Assembly: GCA_040769985.1 (NCBI GenBank) | Contig: JAXGJZ010000001.1 | Coordinates: 134,718-198,717 of the forward strand | Direction: 5' to 3' | Length of the DNA stretch: 64,000 bases | DNA from: Desulfobacterales bacterium | GTDB lineage: Bacteria > Desulfobacterota > Desulfobacteria > Desulfobacterales > JAHDSC01 | In this document: one piece after another, positions 55,237 to 64,000 of the stretch | How positions within the stretch are numbered: the first letter of the stretch is position 1 | Layout: every line of letters begins with the position of its first letter | Translations under genes and position numbers: made by a program | The notes under the pieces: generated by a model | The model's database searches: none | Seen by the model: only the letters and a program-made list of their open reading frames with translations | What the model was told of the DNA's origin: nothing

Positions 55237-57147
55237 TTATCCATTTTCTAATCGTACGTATTGATCATAAAAGGGGGCTCCGTTTCCGATATCTGTCAAT
55301 CCTTCCGAAACGAGCTGATTAACGCCTCCTCCGAGATTCATCCAATCGCCTCTGCGATAGAGAACAGTGTTCGGATGAAGCCCCGGAAGCAATTCAAGTT
55401 TAACTTTAAGTTTTCCATTGCAAGAAACCATATATACATCTTTATTTGTGTCGATATCCACAAGGCATGGATTATCCGGCGCAATCTGTAAAACCGGCGG
55501 TATTTGCTGCTTGTGAGGCAAAATCTGTGAATGAATCGCCTCCCTCCGAATAAGGGACAGCAAGCGAAGTGGGAAAGTCGGCGGGGAAGGGGGTTCTTCA
55601 TGAAGAATCGACGGGAAGCGGTGCTTCCCGTCCGGATGATCAAATCGTAGCCCGGCGTAGGCGATTTTAGGACGTTTTGCCCTGACGAATCCGCACTTTC
55701 GAAGTTCCTCCAAAGATACTTCGAGATAAGGGCTTTTAAGTGAAGTCCTCAGACACGTCTCGGAATCGGGAAGAACGACCGGCGGATTCAGCCGTTTTCC
55801 AAGTTCGGAAAGAATCCGGAAATCGTCTTTTGCTTCATCCGGGGCTTTCAGCACGGGTCTGACATAATGGATGTAATCGTGCATGTAGGAAGAAATGATG
55901 TCTTCCTGCTCTAACATTAAGGTGCTTGGCAAGAGCAAATCGGCTCTTTCGGCAGTATCCGTCATAAATGCATCTACGACCACTTTAAATTCAACTTTTT
56001 CAAACGCCCGGATTATTTGGCGGGAATCCGGTGCCTGGTTTATGACATTTGAGCCGTTGATCCAGATAAGTTTGACCGGAGGATTGCTTGCCTGAAGGAT
56101 CTGTGAGCCGATAAGAGGCATTAGAAACGAACGGCACTTTGTTTGCGAAGTTTTCATCCAATCGAGATTCAAATTTCGCAAAGAGCTTAAATGAAAATAG
56201 CTTCCCCCGCCGAGACGACCCATATTGCCTGAAATCATGGCCAATGCATTGATAAATCGAATATTTTCTCCTCCGTAGGCGTATCGCTGCAATCCAGCTC
56301 CCACTAAAGTGGCGGTGGAATCCGGATTTGCGTAAAGGCAAAAAATTTTTTTAATGTCATCCGGGCTGACATCACAAATTGCAGAAAGCTGATCCAATGA
56401 ATGGCGAAAAACCGAATCGCGAAATTGACGCCAGTTTGAGGAGTGCGCGTAAATTCTGTCGTTAATCATGTCCCGTTCGATAAAAAGACGTATCAGGGCG
56501 GCTGCGAGGAACCGATCCGTGCCGGGACGGATTCGGACAACGGCATGGGAATAAAATTCATTTTGATCACCGCCCGGAGAGATGGAGATGATGTTTGCTC
56601 CGTTCAAGCGTGCTTTGCGAAGAATTGCCGATAGATGAATGGAACTGCGAGACAGGTCCTTCCCCCAGTTTATAATTTTCCGGGCATTCAGCAGATCTTC
56701 GATATGGTTGTTATCACGGGAACCAAAATCCATGAGATAGGCAACATAACCGGCTGCATCGCACAGTGAACCCCGGACTCGGCTGGCTTCCAGAAGTGAA
56801 AAGAAAAGCCGGGTTGCCTCCTTCAAAACACCTTTTGCACCTTCACCGTGAAAATGAAGAATCGATGCCGGTTCCTTTCGGAAATTCTGAATTTTTTCGG
56901 CGCATAAATCCAGGGCGGAATCCCAGGCAATGGTTTTCCATCGCTTGCCGGCACGGATCATTGGCCGGACAATACGGTGCGGGCTTTGTAAGCGCTGGAT
57001 ATGATCTTTGATTTTCGGGCAGACAAAACCCGATGTGAAGGGATGAAACGGATTGCCTCGGATCCGATAGCAGCCCGCTTCATCCTGAGACAAGATCAGG
57101 GAACAGGCATCTGGACAATCCATAGTACATGCGGTGATTTTTTTCAT
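55237..57147 (-). CDS. Molybdopterin (bis-MGD) oxidoreductase, cytoplasmic, MopB superfamily
   Basis: N-terminal FeS motif CTMDCPDAC...GFVCPK. Molybdopterin-binding and C-terminal beta-barrel-like regions. No twin-arginine signal. ATG at 57147. Confidence 0.75.
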   Translation of the reverse strand: MKKITACTMDCPDACSLILSQDEAGCYRIRGNPFHPFTSGFVCPKIKDHIQRLQSPHRIVRPMIRAGKRWKTIAWDSALDLCAEKIQNFRKEPASILHFHGEGAKGVLKEATRLFFSLLEASRVRGSLCDAAGYVAYLMDFGSRDNNHIEDLLNARKIINWGKDLSRSSIHLSAILRKARLNGANIISISPGGDQNEFYSHAVVRIRPGTDRFLAAALIRLFIERDMINDRIYAHSSNWRQFRDSVFRHSLDQLSAICDVSPDDIKKIFCLYANPDSTATLVGAGLQRYAYGGENIRFINALAMISGNMGRLGGGSYFHLSSLRNLNLDWMKTSQTKCRSFLMPLIGSQILQASNPPVKLIWINGSNVINQAPDSRQIIRAFEKVEFKVVVDAFMTDTAERADLLLPSTLMLEQEDIISSYMHDYIHYVRPVLKAPDEAKDDFRILSELGKRLNPPVVLPDSETCLRTSLKSPYLEVSLEELRKCGFVRAKRPKIAYAGLRFDHPDGKHRFPSILHEEPPSPPTFPLRLLSLIRREAIHSQILPHKQQIPPVLQIAPDNPCLVDIDTNKDVYMVSCNGKLKVKLELLPGLHPNTVLYRRGDWMNLGGGVNQLVSEGLTDIGNGAPFYDQYVRLENG

Positions 57148-57238
57148 ACATAAATCCCGGCTGCAAACCACTTGGAATGCGCTTGCTGTTGCGGTTCAAA
57201 GATCCGGACCCGACCTTTCGAAAGGTTGAGCCGGGCCA

Positions 57239-58384
57239 TTACAGAGGGGCGTCAAATGGTTTTTCATAACCAGTCAGTTCCACGTAACCCTGTCCCTTAA
57301 CCGGTTTTCCCTTGGAGTTACCGTGAAAGGAAATGCTGCCCTCCCAGTAAGTGACCCCTGTACTCTCCGATGTTCGCATTTCCTGATCGGCCAGATTGGG
57401 GACAATCGTCAAATCCAGTGAGAGGGAAAAAACCCTGAGCCGCCATCGGGAAGGATAACATGCTCCCGACCGGACACTTTTCCAAGTTTCCAATTCGTCA
57501 ACTTTGAATGAATTGAAAGGCAAATGAATGACCTTGCCGGAGATATCTACAAATGTACCGCTGGATACGCCGCTTAATGCGCCATCTTTTCGTCTTAAAA
57601 GATAGACCATCAATTCCGTGCCATCCGAAAGCTGAAGGCTGAACCAGTCCCAACCCGCCAAATCAGATTCCAAAGGGGCTGAGCTGAATTCATGATCCAT
57701 CCAGCTTAAACCCGTAACTGAAAATGTTTTTCCATTCAAATTTATTTCTCCAAGGGTTTCAAGGCGGGTAAACGAATAATAACAGCTAGCACTTTCGGGG
57801 GATTTTCCCTTGCGGCTGTATCCATTTTTTCCATGTAAAACCGGAGGCTTAAGCGGTATTAGAGTAAGGTTGAACGAAAAATCGTCGGTAGCAGCTATTA
57901 GTCGATGCATTGCGGGGGTTAATTCTAAAAGCCAGTTTTCGATTTTTACATTCGTATTATTATTGTTTTGGAAGGCGCCTGCAATCCCGGGAAACTCACG
58001 AGCGACTTTTTCGCTGTAAAGATGACGTTTCGATGTCAAATCCGATAATGCTGCATGGGCCAGATAAAGCTGTTTTGTCCGCCAGGCGGATGAAGGTTCC
58101 GGCCAGTTTTTTTCAGCTTCCGGTGGAACGATTTGGGTTCGGAAAAAAGTCAATTGAAAGCCATAATTATCTTTCGTTTCAGATTGAACATTTCCCGTGT
58201 AGTACCACCATTCCGTTCGGTACCCCGGATGTGGTCCATGGTCAATTGGAAATTGAAGACGGCAGGGACCCGTGACCGTAGAAAAAGCCCCGTTTTCTTC
58301 GCACAATATGACGGGTACTTTCAGCAGGCAGAACAAAAGAAAAGCCACGGCGAAAAATATTTTTTCTATCGAAAACCGTCTCAT
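57239..58384 (-). CDS. AttH/CrtC-like lipocalin-domain protein, secreted
   Basis: Signal-like N-terminus. FPIDHGPHPGYRTEWWYYTGNV...YGFQLTFFR is the AttH/hydroxyneurosporene-synthase-like signature. Confidence 0.7.
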   Translation of the reverse strand: MRRFSIEKIFFAVAFLLFCLLKVPVILCEENGAFSTVTGPCRLQFPIDHGPHPGYRTEWWYYTGNVQSETKDNYGFQLTFFRTQIVPPEAEKNWPEPSSAWRTKQLYLAHAALSDLTSKRHLYSEKVAREFPGIAGAFQNNNNTNVKIENWLLELTPAMHRLIAATDDFSFNLTLIPLKPPVLHGKNGYSRKGKSPESASCYYSFTRLETLGEINLNGKTFSVTGLSWMDHEFSSAPLESDLAGWDWFSLQLSDGTELMVYLLRRKDGALSGVSSGTFVDISGKVIHLPFNSFKVDELETWKSVRSGACYPSRWRLRVFSLSLDLTIVPNLADQEMRTSESTGVTYWEGSISFHGNSKGKPVKGQGYVELTGYEKPFDAPL

Positions 58385-58420
58385 TCGAAACGTCCTTTCA
58401 AATCGATGTGCGATATCGAC

Positions 58421-61027
58421 TCAACATTCCCTTAAAAGGTTTGATGGAGATTGTCTGAAAACCAAGTAAACGGCGGGAAGCGATGCAAACAAAGCGGTAA
58501 TCAAAATTAGCGGCAGAGAGATTCCGATAGCTCTCCAATCCACCCGATAGAGGAAAGTCCATCCGAACGATTGAAAGTTGATCACATAGACCAGGAGATA
58601 CGAAAGGAAAAATCCGCAAAGGAGACCTGCACATTCTCCTGTGACCACCATGATAAAGGCTTCCCAAAAAACCATGGAACGAATTTGCCGAAAGCTTCCT
58701 CCAACCGCAAGAATGGTATGTAACTGCCGGGAGCGTTCCAGCACAAGCATCGTGAGGGATATGGTGATACCCAGACCTGCAACAATCAAAGCGATAAGCA
58801 GAAGGACGCTGGTAATGGCAAAGGTTTCATCGAAGATCTGCATGATATTGTGACGCATTTTCTTGCCACTGATCATTTCCAAATTGTCCCCGCAATTATC
58901 AAAAAGCTGTCCACGCAGATTTGAAACAACGGCCTCCAGGTCTTGGGTCCTATCTCGAAAAAATATTCGAACACCTCCCCATATTTCTTCATATGCCGGA
59001 CCGTCGCGGTTTATTTTCTGCTGAAAATGTCCAAGAGAATAATAGACAACTCCCCCCTGAGTGCGATAGTCTCGAATGACTCCTAAAATCGGAAGTTGTA
59101 ATGCGGCCCCTTCAATCCGGGACTGATAAAAATCACCGACGGTCAAACCGGTTTGACTGGCAAATACTTCAGAAACCAGAACGCCTTCACCTTCGATAAG
59201 TTTGGGCAGGCTTTGAGAAGGATTTCCTTTTATCCAGAAAAACTTGCCGTAGCGAGCGAAATTCTGGAAATCCATTGCTTCAAACTGATAGAGCGCTTCA
59301 TCGTAATTAAGATAAAACCGTCGATAAGGAACAAGATCTACCGGCGCCTTTATATTTTTGATCGTTCGGATAACTTCCGGGGGTAATGGATCTCGATGAT
59401 GGTTGATGTCCGCCATCTTGGGCCGAAGAAACAAATCCCCACTGATGGTTTGATTGACCCAGATTTCAACCGTTTCTCGAAAACTGTGAACCATAATAAC
59501 CAGCGCGGTGTAAAGCGCAACAGCGGTAATGAGCGCACCGACAGATATGGATGTGCGTGACCCGCTGTCTCGAACATAAAGCCCGGCAAGACGAGCGGGC
59601 TCCCCTCCCAGACGGCCGAGAAATAGTGCAAAGAAATTTCCCATCGCATGAAGGCCCCAAGGAGAAAGAAAAGAAAATCCTGTAAGCAGCAAGAAGATCG
59701 CAACATATCCAGCGAGCGGAAAACCAGAGATGACCGGAAGTCGTGAAAGGGGCCAGACAAAAAAAATGAAGAAAAAACCGATAACGGCAAGCTGAAATGG
59801 TGATTTTTTCAGTATTTTTTCTTGTCTGGATATGGAAAGAACCTCCTTGGGATCCACATGCATAGCCTTTCGAGCCGGATGATAGGCAGAAAGGGCCGAA
59901 ATAAAAACCGTTATCCCGAAAGAGAGAAGAATTTCCCATCCACTTAAAACTAAATTTTCAACATGTACTCGGACAAATAAAACCGAAATCGTTTTGCTCA
60001 CCCCGTAAAGGAGATATTTGACCAAAAAAGAACTGATAGGGATTGCCATCAGCCAACCTGCGACCCCTAAAAAAAGGCCTTCACTTAGAAATAAAAGGAA
60101 CAGAAGATGGGAAGAAGCGCCGATAGAGCGTAAAATTGCCAATTCATGGCGTCGGGAAGCGGCATTTAAAGCCACAATGCTGTAAACCAGAAACATCCCT
60201 ACAAAGAGAGAAACAAAACTCAGAATGGAAAGATTAAGCTGATAGGCCTGGATCATCTGCTGTCCGCTTTTTCTGGTTTCAGTGGGCGATTGTAGAAAAA
60301 CCCCCTCCGGCAGCAACCGGCGAATGCCCTCCAGGTCATTTTCTGAAACAGCAGGCCTAAGACGAAGATCGATCCGATCAATCAGCCCGTGAAGATTTGT
60401 AAATTCTTGAAATGTTGCAATGTCCGTTATGGCGATTCGTCCTCCCTCGACTATCGCCGGACCTTCGGGAGCCAGTTTTCCCAAAACACGAAAATCGGAT
60501 TTTCGAAAGGTATGTTCAAGAGTCAAGAAATCCCCGGCCGCCAGTTCAAATTGTCTACTCAAGGGATGCCCGATAAACATGGTGTAAGGATATTTTAAAA
60601 GATCCAGCCAAAGCCCGGCATCCTCCTTGTTCAGCCGATCAATTTGCCAACTCCGAAGAGATCGGTCCATAATGGGATCCACACCAACCAAGAGAAACGG
60701 TTCTGCTTCTTTTTGCACGGGTTTAACATAGGTGGAAAGTATTGGAGATGCAGCCCGTACGCATGGATAACGAAGCAGCAGTCCGACCAGCGTATCCGAA
60801 ACCCTTCCTCCAGGACGCACGACCGTCCAATCCGTCCGACCGGAAATAGAATTCATGCTTTTTGAAAAAGAGTCCAGAGAAGCATGGATGGACAACCGAA
60901 TGCTTGTAAAAACTGCCGCACCTAAAGCAATGCCCACCAAAACGGTTATCGTACGTCCACGATGTTTTAACATGTGTCGAATGCTGAACCATGAAAACAG
61001 ACGAAGAAATAACGCTACCTTTGGCAT
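58421..61027 (-). CDS. ABC transporter permease with two FtsX-type domains (MacB/LolE-like, 868 aa)
   Basis: Two MacB-type modules, each a TM, a large loop and three TMs. FtsX-like motifs such as RRHELAILRSIGAS and LERSRQLHTILAVGGS. The start overlaps the ATPase gene stop by 13 nt. Confidence 0.8.
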   Translation of the reverse strand: MPKVALFLRLFSWFSIRHMLKHRGRTITVLVGIALGAAVFTSIRLSIHASLDSFSKSMNSISGRTDWTVVRPGGRVSDTLVGLLLRYPCVRAASPILSTYVKPVQKEAEPFLLVGVDPIMDRSLRSWQIDRLNKEDAGLWLDLLKYPYTMFIGHPLSRQFELAAGDFLTLEHTFRKSDFRVLGKLAPEGPAIVEGGRIAITDIATFQEFTNLHGLIDRIDLRLRPAVSENDLEGIRRLLPEGVFLQSPTETRKSGQQMIQAYQLNLSILSFVSLFVGMFLVYSIVALNAASRRHELAILRSIGASSHLLFLLFLSEGLFLGVAGWLMAIPISSFLVKYLLYGVSKTISVLFVRVHVENLVLSGWEILLSFGITVFISALSAYHPARKAMHVDPKEVLSISRQEKILKKSPFQLAVIGFFFIFFVWPLSRLPVISGFPLAGYVAIFLLLTGFSFLSPWGLHAMGNFFALFLGRLGGEPARLAGLYVRDSGSRTSISVGALITAVALYTALVIMVHSFRETVEIWVNQTISGDLFLRPKMADINHHRDPLPPEVIRTIKNIKAPVDLVPYRRFYLNYDEALYQFEAMDFQNFARYGKFFWIKGNPSQSLPKLIEGEGVLVSEVFASQTGLTVGDFYQSRIEGAALQLPILGVIRDYRTQGGVVYYSLGHFQQKINRDGPAYEEIWGGVRIFFRDRTQDLEAVVSNLRGQLFDNCGDNLEMISGKKMRHNIMQIFDETFAITSVLLLIALIVAGLGITISLTMLVLERSRQLHTILAVGGSFRQIRSMVFWEAFIMVVTGECAGLLCGFFLSYLLVYVINFQSFGWTFLYRVDWRAIGISLPLILITALFASLPAVYLVFRQSPSNLLREC

Positions 61028-61719
61028 GTTTTTTTTGTTATTGTTCCGTCTCGAAGATAAATTTGAAGAGTGGCGTAAGGATCGGCAAGTTTACTGTGGG
61101 TTGCAATAATTACAGTTCTTCCCTGGTGCCGATTAAGATCGACAAGGAGGTCAATGACGATCTTTCCATTGCAGCTGTCCAGATTTCCGGTGGGTTCGTC
61201 GGCAAGAATAAGGGTCGGATCATTGATGAGTGCTCTGGCAATGGCGGTACGTTGCATCTCTCCGCCCGAAAGTTCGGACGGCCGGTGGTGAAGGCGTGAC
61301 TTGAGATCGAGCCATTCCAGCAGTTCGTTGGCTTTTGCCCTGACTCGACTATCCGGATGACCGGCGAGCAAACCCGGAAGGCACACATTTTCCAGCACAT
61401 TTAAAGTCGGAAGAAGATTGAATGACTGGAATACCATTCCTACCACGTCACGTCGGTATCGGGTCAGTGCGGTCGGAGTGGCTGTTTTAAGATCATGATT
61501 CGCAACTGTCAGTTCTCCTCGTGTTGGGTGATCCAGTCCGGCGATCAGAGATAAAAGGGTACTTTTCCCGGACCCGCTGTTTCCCTTGAGGACCACGATT
61601 TGGCCCGGAAAAACTTCCAGGTTGATTTCATTAATACCGATGATTGTGCTGGTTCCCGGGGAATAAGTACGGGTAAGCGCCTTTGCTGAAATTATAGGTG
61701 AAGTGGGATACATCGCCAT
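61015..61719 (-). CDS. ABC transporter ATP-binding protein (LolD/MacB-type)
   Basis: Walker A GNSGSGKST. Signature LSGGEMQR. Walker B LILADEPT. Confidence 0.9.
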   Translation of the reverse strand: MAMYPTSPIISAKALTRTYSPGTSTIIGINEINLEVFPGQIVVLKGNSGSGKSTLLSLIAGLDHPTRGELTVANHDLKTATPTALTRYRRDVVGMVFQSFNLLPTLNVLENVCLPGLLAGHPDSRVRAKANELLEWLDLKSRLHHRPSELSGGEMQRTAIARALINDPTLILADEPTGNLDSCNGKIVIDLLVDLNRHQGRTVIIATHSKLADPYATLQIYLRDGTITKKTCQR

Positions 61720-62247
61720 CCGTTTAATTATATATTTTTAAAATATGCCTATTAAAACGTGATGCATGGGAAAGAAGGTCTTTCTCAACCTCCAGCCAAG
61801 CCGGCGGAAAACGTTCGGCGTATAGTTATGCCGGGAATGGTTCCGGAATTGTTCGATGTAAACTCTCTTTATGAAAAATTTTAACACGTGAAAGAAGATT
61901 TCGCAATTTTTTCGATCAATTTTTTATTCGGGAGAAACGGGTATAGCGGCTTTCAAATTTTTATACAAAGTCTGGGTTGAATACGCAAAATCAATTCCTT
62001 CATGAAAAAAGCGATGGAAAGAAAAGGTTTTAAAACTGGTCCGTTGATTGATTGGATTCCACATGCGCCGGCATTGGATTTGATTGACGATAAGTGTCTA
62101 TGGATCATATGCATGCAAGGAGAGCGAAAGAATGTCCTTTATTATAAGGGGATGCACTAAGTTTATGGTATCAGAATTCGGTGGTAGGAATTTCTTGAAA
62201 TGATGATAGGCTGGTAAGGTTCAAATTTGCTGAAAAAACAGATTTCG

Positions 62248-62457
62248 CTAACACTTGCTGACGTTTTTGGCAGATGCTCCCCTGTCGCTTTTTTGACTTT
62301 CGAACCATACATGATCGCCTTGAATAAGAGTCATGTAACCATCTGATTTAATATCAAATCTGTTAACATAAATCGACTGGCCGCTTTCATCTTCGATAAA
62401 GCCGTAACCTCTTTTTTTATTGAACCACCTGACGATTCCTTTTGCCATCATACCCAT
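62248..62457 (-). CDS. Cold-shock protein (CspA family)
   Basis: GIVRWFNKKRGYGFI and IYVNRF motifs. An alternative ATG lies 2-3 codons downstream. Confidence 0.88.
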   Translation of the reverse strand: MGMMAKGIVRWFNKKRGYGFIEDESGQSIYVNRFDIKSDGYMTLIQGDHVWFESQKSDRGASAKNVSKC

Positions 62458-62928
62458 ATCTCTCCCAAAAAATAATATATACTAATAAGTTGGGACTGGA
62501 TTGATTTCACATAATATCCGCTGGGATTTGCCGGGATATTCGAAAAGATGGTAAATGAAAAAAGTTCATTTACCATTTCAAGCCGGCCCAATCGAACCGC
62601 CCCTGATTATTTACGCAATATTATAATTATCTTAGTATTGTTGTATATAGGGGGAACGGTTCATTTTTTCAGGAAAAATTCCCAAAAAGATAGGAATTCG
62701 TCCCATACAAGAAGAAAATCGGAATGTATTTTCCTGGGACTGATTTTGTTTTCAAACGAAATTCACGGGTGAAACCCGCAAATGGATATCGAAATTACCT
62801 GGAGGAGAAAGATGGTTAACATATTTCGAATATATCGCTATCATCATAAAAACAAGATTGATTTGAAGCGCCGGCGGCCCATCTGCTGATACGATCATAG
62901 TATAAACGAATTTTTTCATTCCATTTTG

Positions 62929-63993
62929 TTAGAGCCATCTTTTTTTTCTGAAAAAAAACAGCATAATAACTGCCACCGCAATCATAACCAGCCAAACCGC
63001 AAAATATCCCCAGCGCCAATCAAGTTCCGGCATGTATTTAAAATTCATGCCGTAAACCCCGGCCACAAAAGTGATCGGAATAAATAGGGTCGCAATAATT
63101 GTCAACACCTTCATTACTTCATTCATTTTGTTGCTAATCGTGGAAAGATAAATATCAAGCAGGCCGGCGAGTATATCCCGAAAAGACTCAATCGTATCCA
63201 TTACCTGTATAGTATGATCATAAATATCTCTTAAATACATGCCGGTTGACTCTTGAATAAATGGCGATGCTCCTTTTTCCAATCTGCTGAGAATTTCCCG
63301 CACCGGCCAAACCTGCCTGCGTAAATAGATCATCTCTCCTCTCATTTCATAAATGCTTTCCAAAGCCCGCGGAGTGGGATTTTCAAGGATTTCATCTTCC
63401 AGAAATTCTATTTTTTCTCCGAATATTTCGAGTATAAGGAAATAATGATCAACGACTGCGTCCATTAGGGTATATGCGAGATAGTCGCCTGACAATCTTC
63501 GGATCCGGCCTTTTCCGTTTCTAATTCTGTTCCTTACGCTCTCAAAAACATCCCCGGCCATCTCCTGAAAGGATATGAGGAAATCCGAACCGATGATCAG
63601 ACTCACTTGCTCAGACCGAACCTCCTGTTCCTTCTCTTCGTATCGAAGCATTTTAAAAACAATATACGTATAATCATCGAAGTCATCACTTTTCGGTCGT
63701 TGTCCCGTGTTTAGAATATCTTCCAGCGTAAGAGGGTGAAGATTAAAATGTTTCCCGATTTTTCCAATCATCTCGACATCATGAAGCCCCTCGATGTTGA
63801 TCCATTTGACGGGGGGTTTTCCATTGAAAGGAATCAATTCATCAATGTTTTTTATTTCTTTTTCCTGGAATTTTCCCTCATCATATTCGATAAGGGTGAT
63901 CTTCACTTTCTCCGTCTTTTTTTCCCCGATATGGATGAGAGCCCCAGGAGGAAGCCCTGCTTTTTTCGATGCCCGTTTCATTGATCTCGGCAT
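62929..63993 (-). CDS. corA: Magnesium/cobalt transporter CorA
   Basis: A cytoplasmic domain is followed by two C-terminal TMs carrying YGMNF. Confidence 0.9.
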   Translation of the reverse strand: MPRSMKRASKKAGLPPGALIHIGEKKTEKVKITLIEYDEGKFQEKEIKNIDELIPFNGKPPVKWINIEGLHDVEMIGKIGKHFNLHPLTLEDILNTGQRPKSDDFDDYTYIVFKMLRYEEKEQEVRSEQVSLIIGSDFLISFQEMAGDVFESVRNRIRNGKGRIRRLSGDYLAYTLMDAVVDHYFLILEIFGEKIEFLEDEILENPTPRALESIYEMRGEMIYLRRQVWPVREILSRLEKGASPFIQESTGMYLRDIYDHTIQVMDTIESFRDILAGLLDIYLSTISNKMNEVMKVLTIIATLFIPITFVAGVYGMNFKYMPELDWRWGYFAVWLVMIAVAVIMLFFFRKKRWL

Positions 63994-64000
63994 GATTGAT

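Noticed and set aside
62801-62857. Mini-ORF of 18 codons (MVNIFRIYRYHHKNKIDL) with a strong GGAGGAG RBS, convergent with the corA 3' end
   Set aside because: No gene lies downstream on that strand. It is too short to evaluate without conservation or ribosome-profiling data.

Overview
The window reads as ordinary chromosomal DNA from an anaerobic, Desulfobacterota-type (deltaproteobacterial) organism. That taxonomic guess is inferred from gene content: MglA/MglB, a multiheme HAO-family cytochrome, rubrerythrin, many PAS sensor kinases and a sigma-54 promoter. I support about 55 protein genes and one tRNA-Arg(TCT). By eye I found no rRNA, CRISPR array, transposase, integrase or prophage genes.

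Gene order, left to right:
- Partial argC at the left edge.
- mglB, mglA and an unknown 220-aa partner, divergent from a three-gene sensory operon: a multi-PAS hybrid histidine kinase, a Cache-PAS-DHp sensor with no ATPase domain, and a CheY-type receiver.
- The N-degron module clpS-clpA-aat, a HIT protein, tRNA-Arg and rpoH.
- A TPR lipoprotein and a LolB-like lipoprotein, then a Mut7-C RNase, a dGTPase-like HD protein, a UPF0280 protein, a second HIT protein and a LapA-like protein.
- mutS and an AMIN-domain amidase.
- A minus-strand block: YbgA-like protein, PNPOx-like protein, SDR/DUF2867 protein, octaheme HAO-family cytochrome, atypical Rieske-like protein, class II photolyase and an HD hydrolase.
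- ccdA, convergent with a DUF1573/thioredoxin-like/DsbD-like fusion protein.
- A half-size TauE protein, a NUDIX hydrolase, rubrerythrin, and an orphan 216-aa ORF in a gene-poor gap.
- A 2-oxoacid dehydrogenase operon (E1 alpha, E1 beta, E2, E3) and a Usp protein.
- A self-contained KamA-family radical SAM gene.
- A triad with an upstream sigma-54 promoter: retropepsin-like protease, inactive transglutaminase fused to 7 TM helices, and a RimK-related ATP-grasp ligase.
- An orphan NarL-type regulator and two csp genes.
- A minus-strand operon: ABC ATPase, double-FtsX permease, AttH-like lipocalin and a molybdopterin oxidoreductase, with a CDO-like cupin gene next on the same strand after a 410-bp gap.
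- corA.

The best candidates for poorly understood biology are:
- the ATP-grasp / 7TM-transglutaminase / protease triad with its sigma-54 promoter;
- the histidine-kinase operon containing the ATPase-less sensor, beside the MglA/MglB module;
- the HAO-family cytochrome, which may retain the cross-linking tyrosine, paired with the atypical Rieske-like protein;
- the orphan ORF islet at 39.4-41.1 kb.

I did not find a compelling, clearly novel system, such as a defense island. All family assignments come from motif recognition by eye, not from searches.
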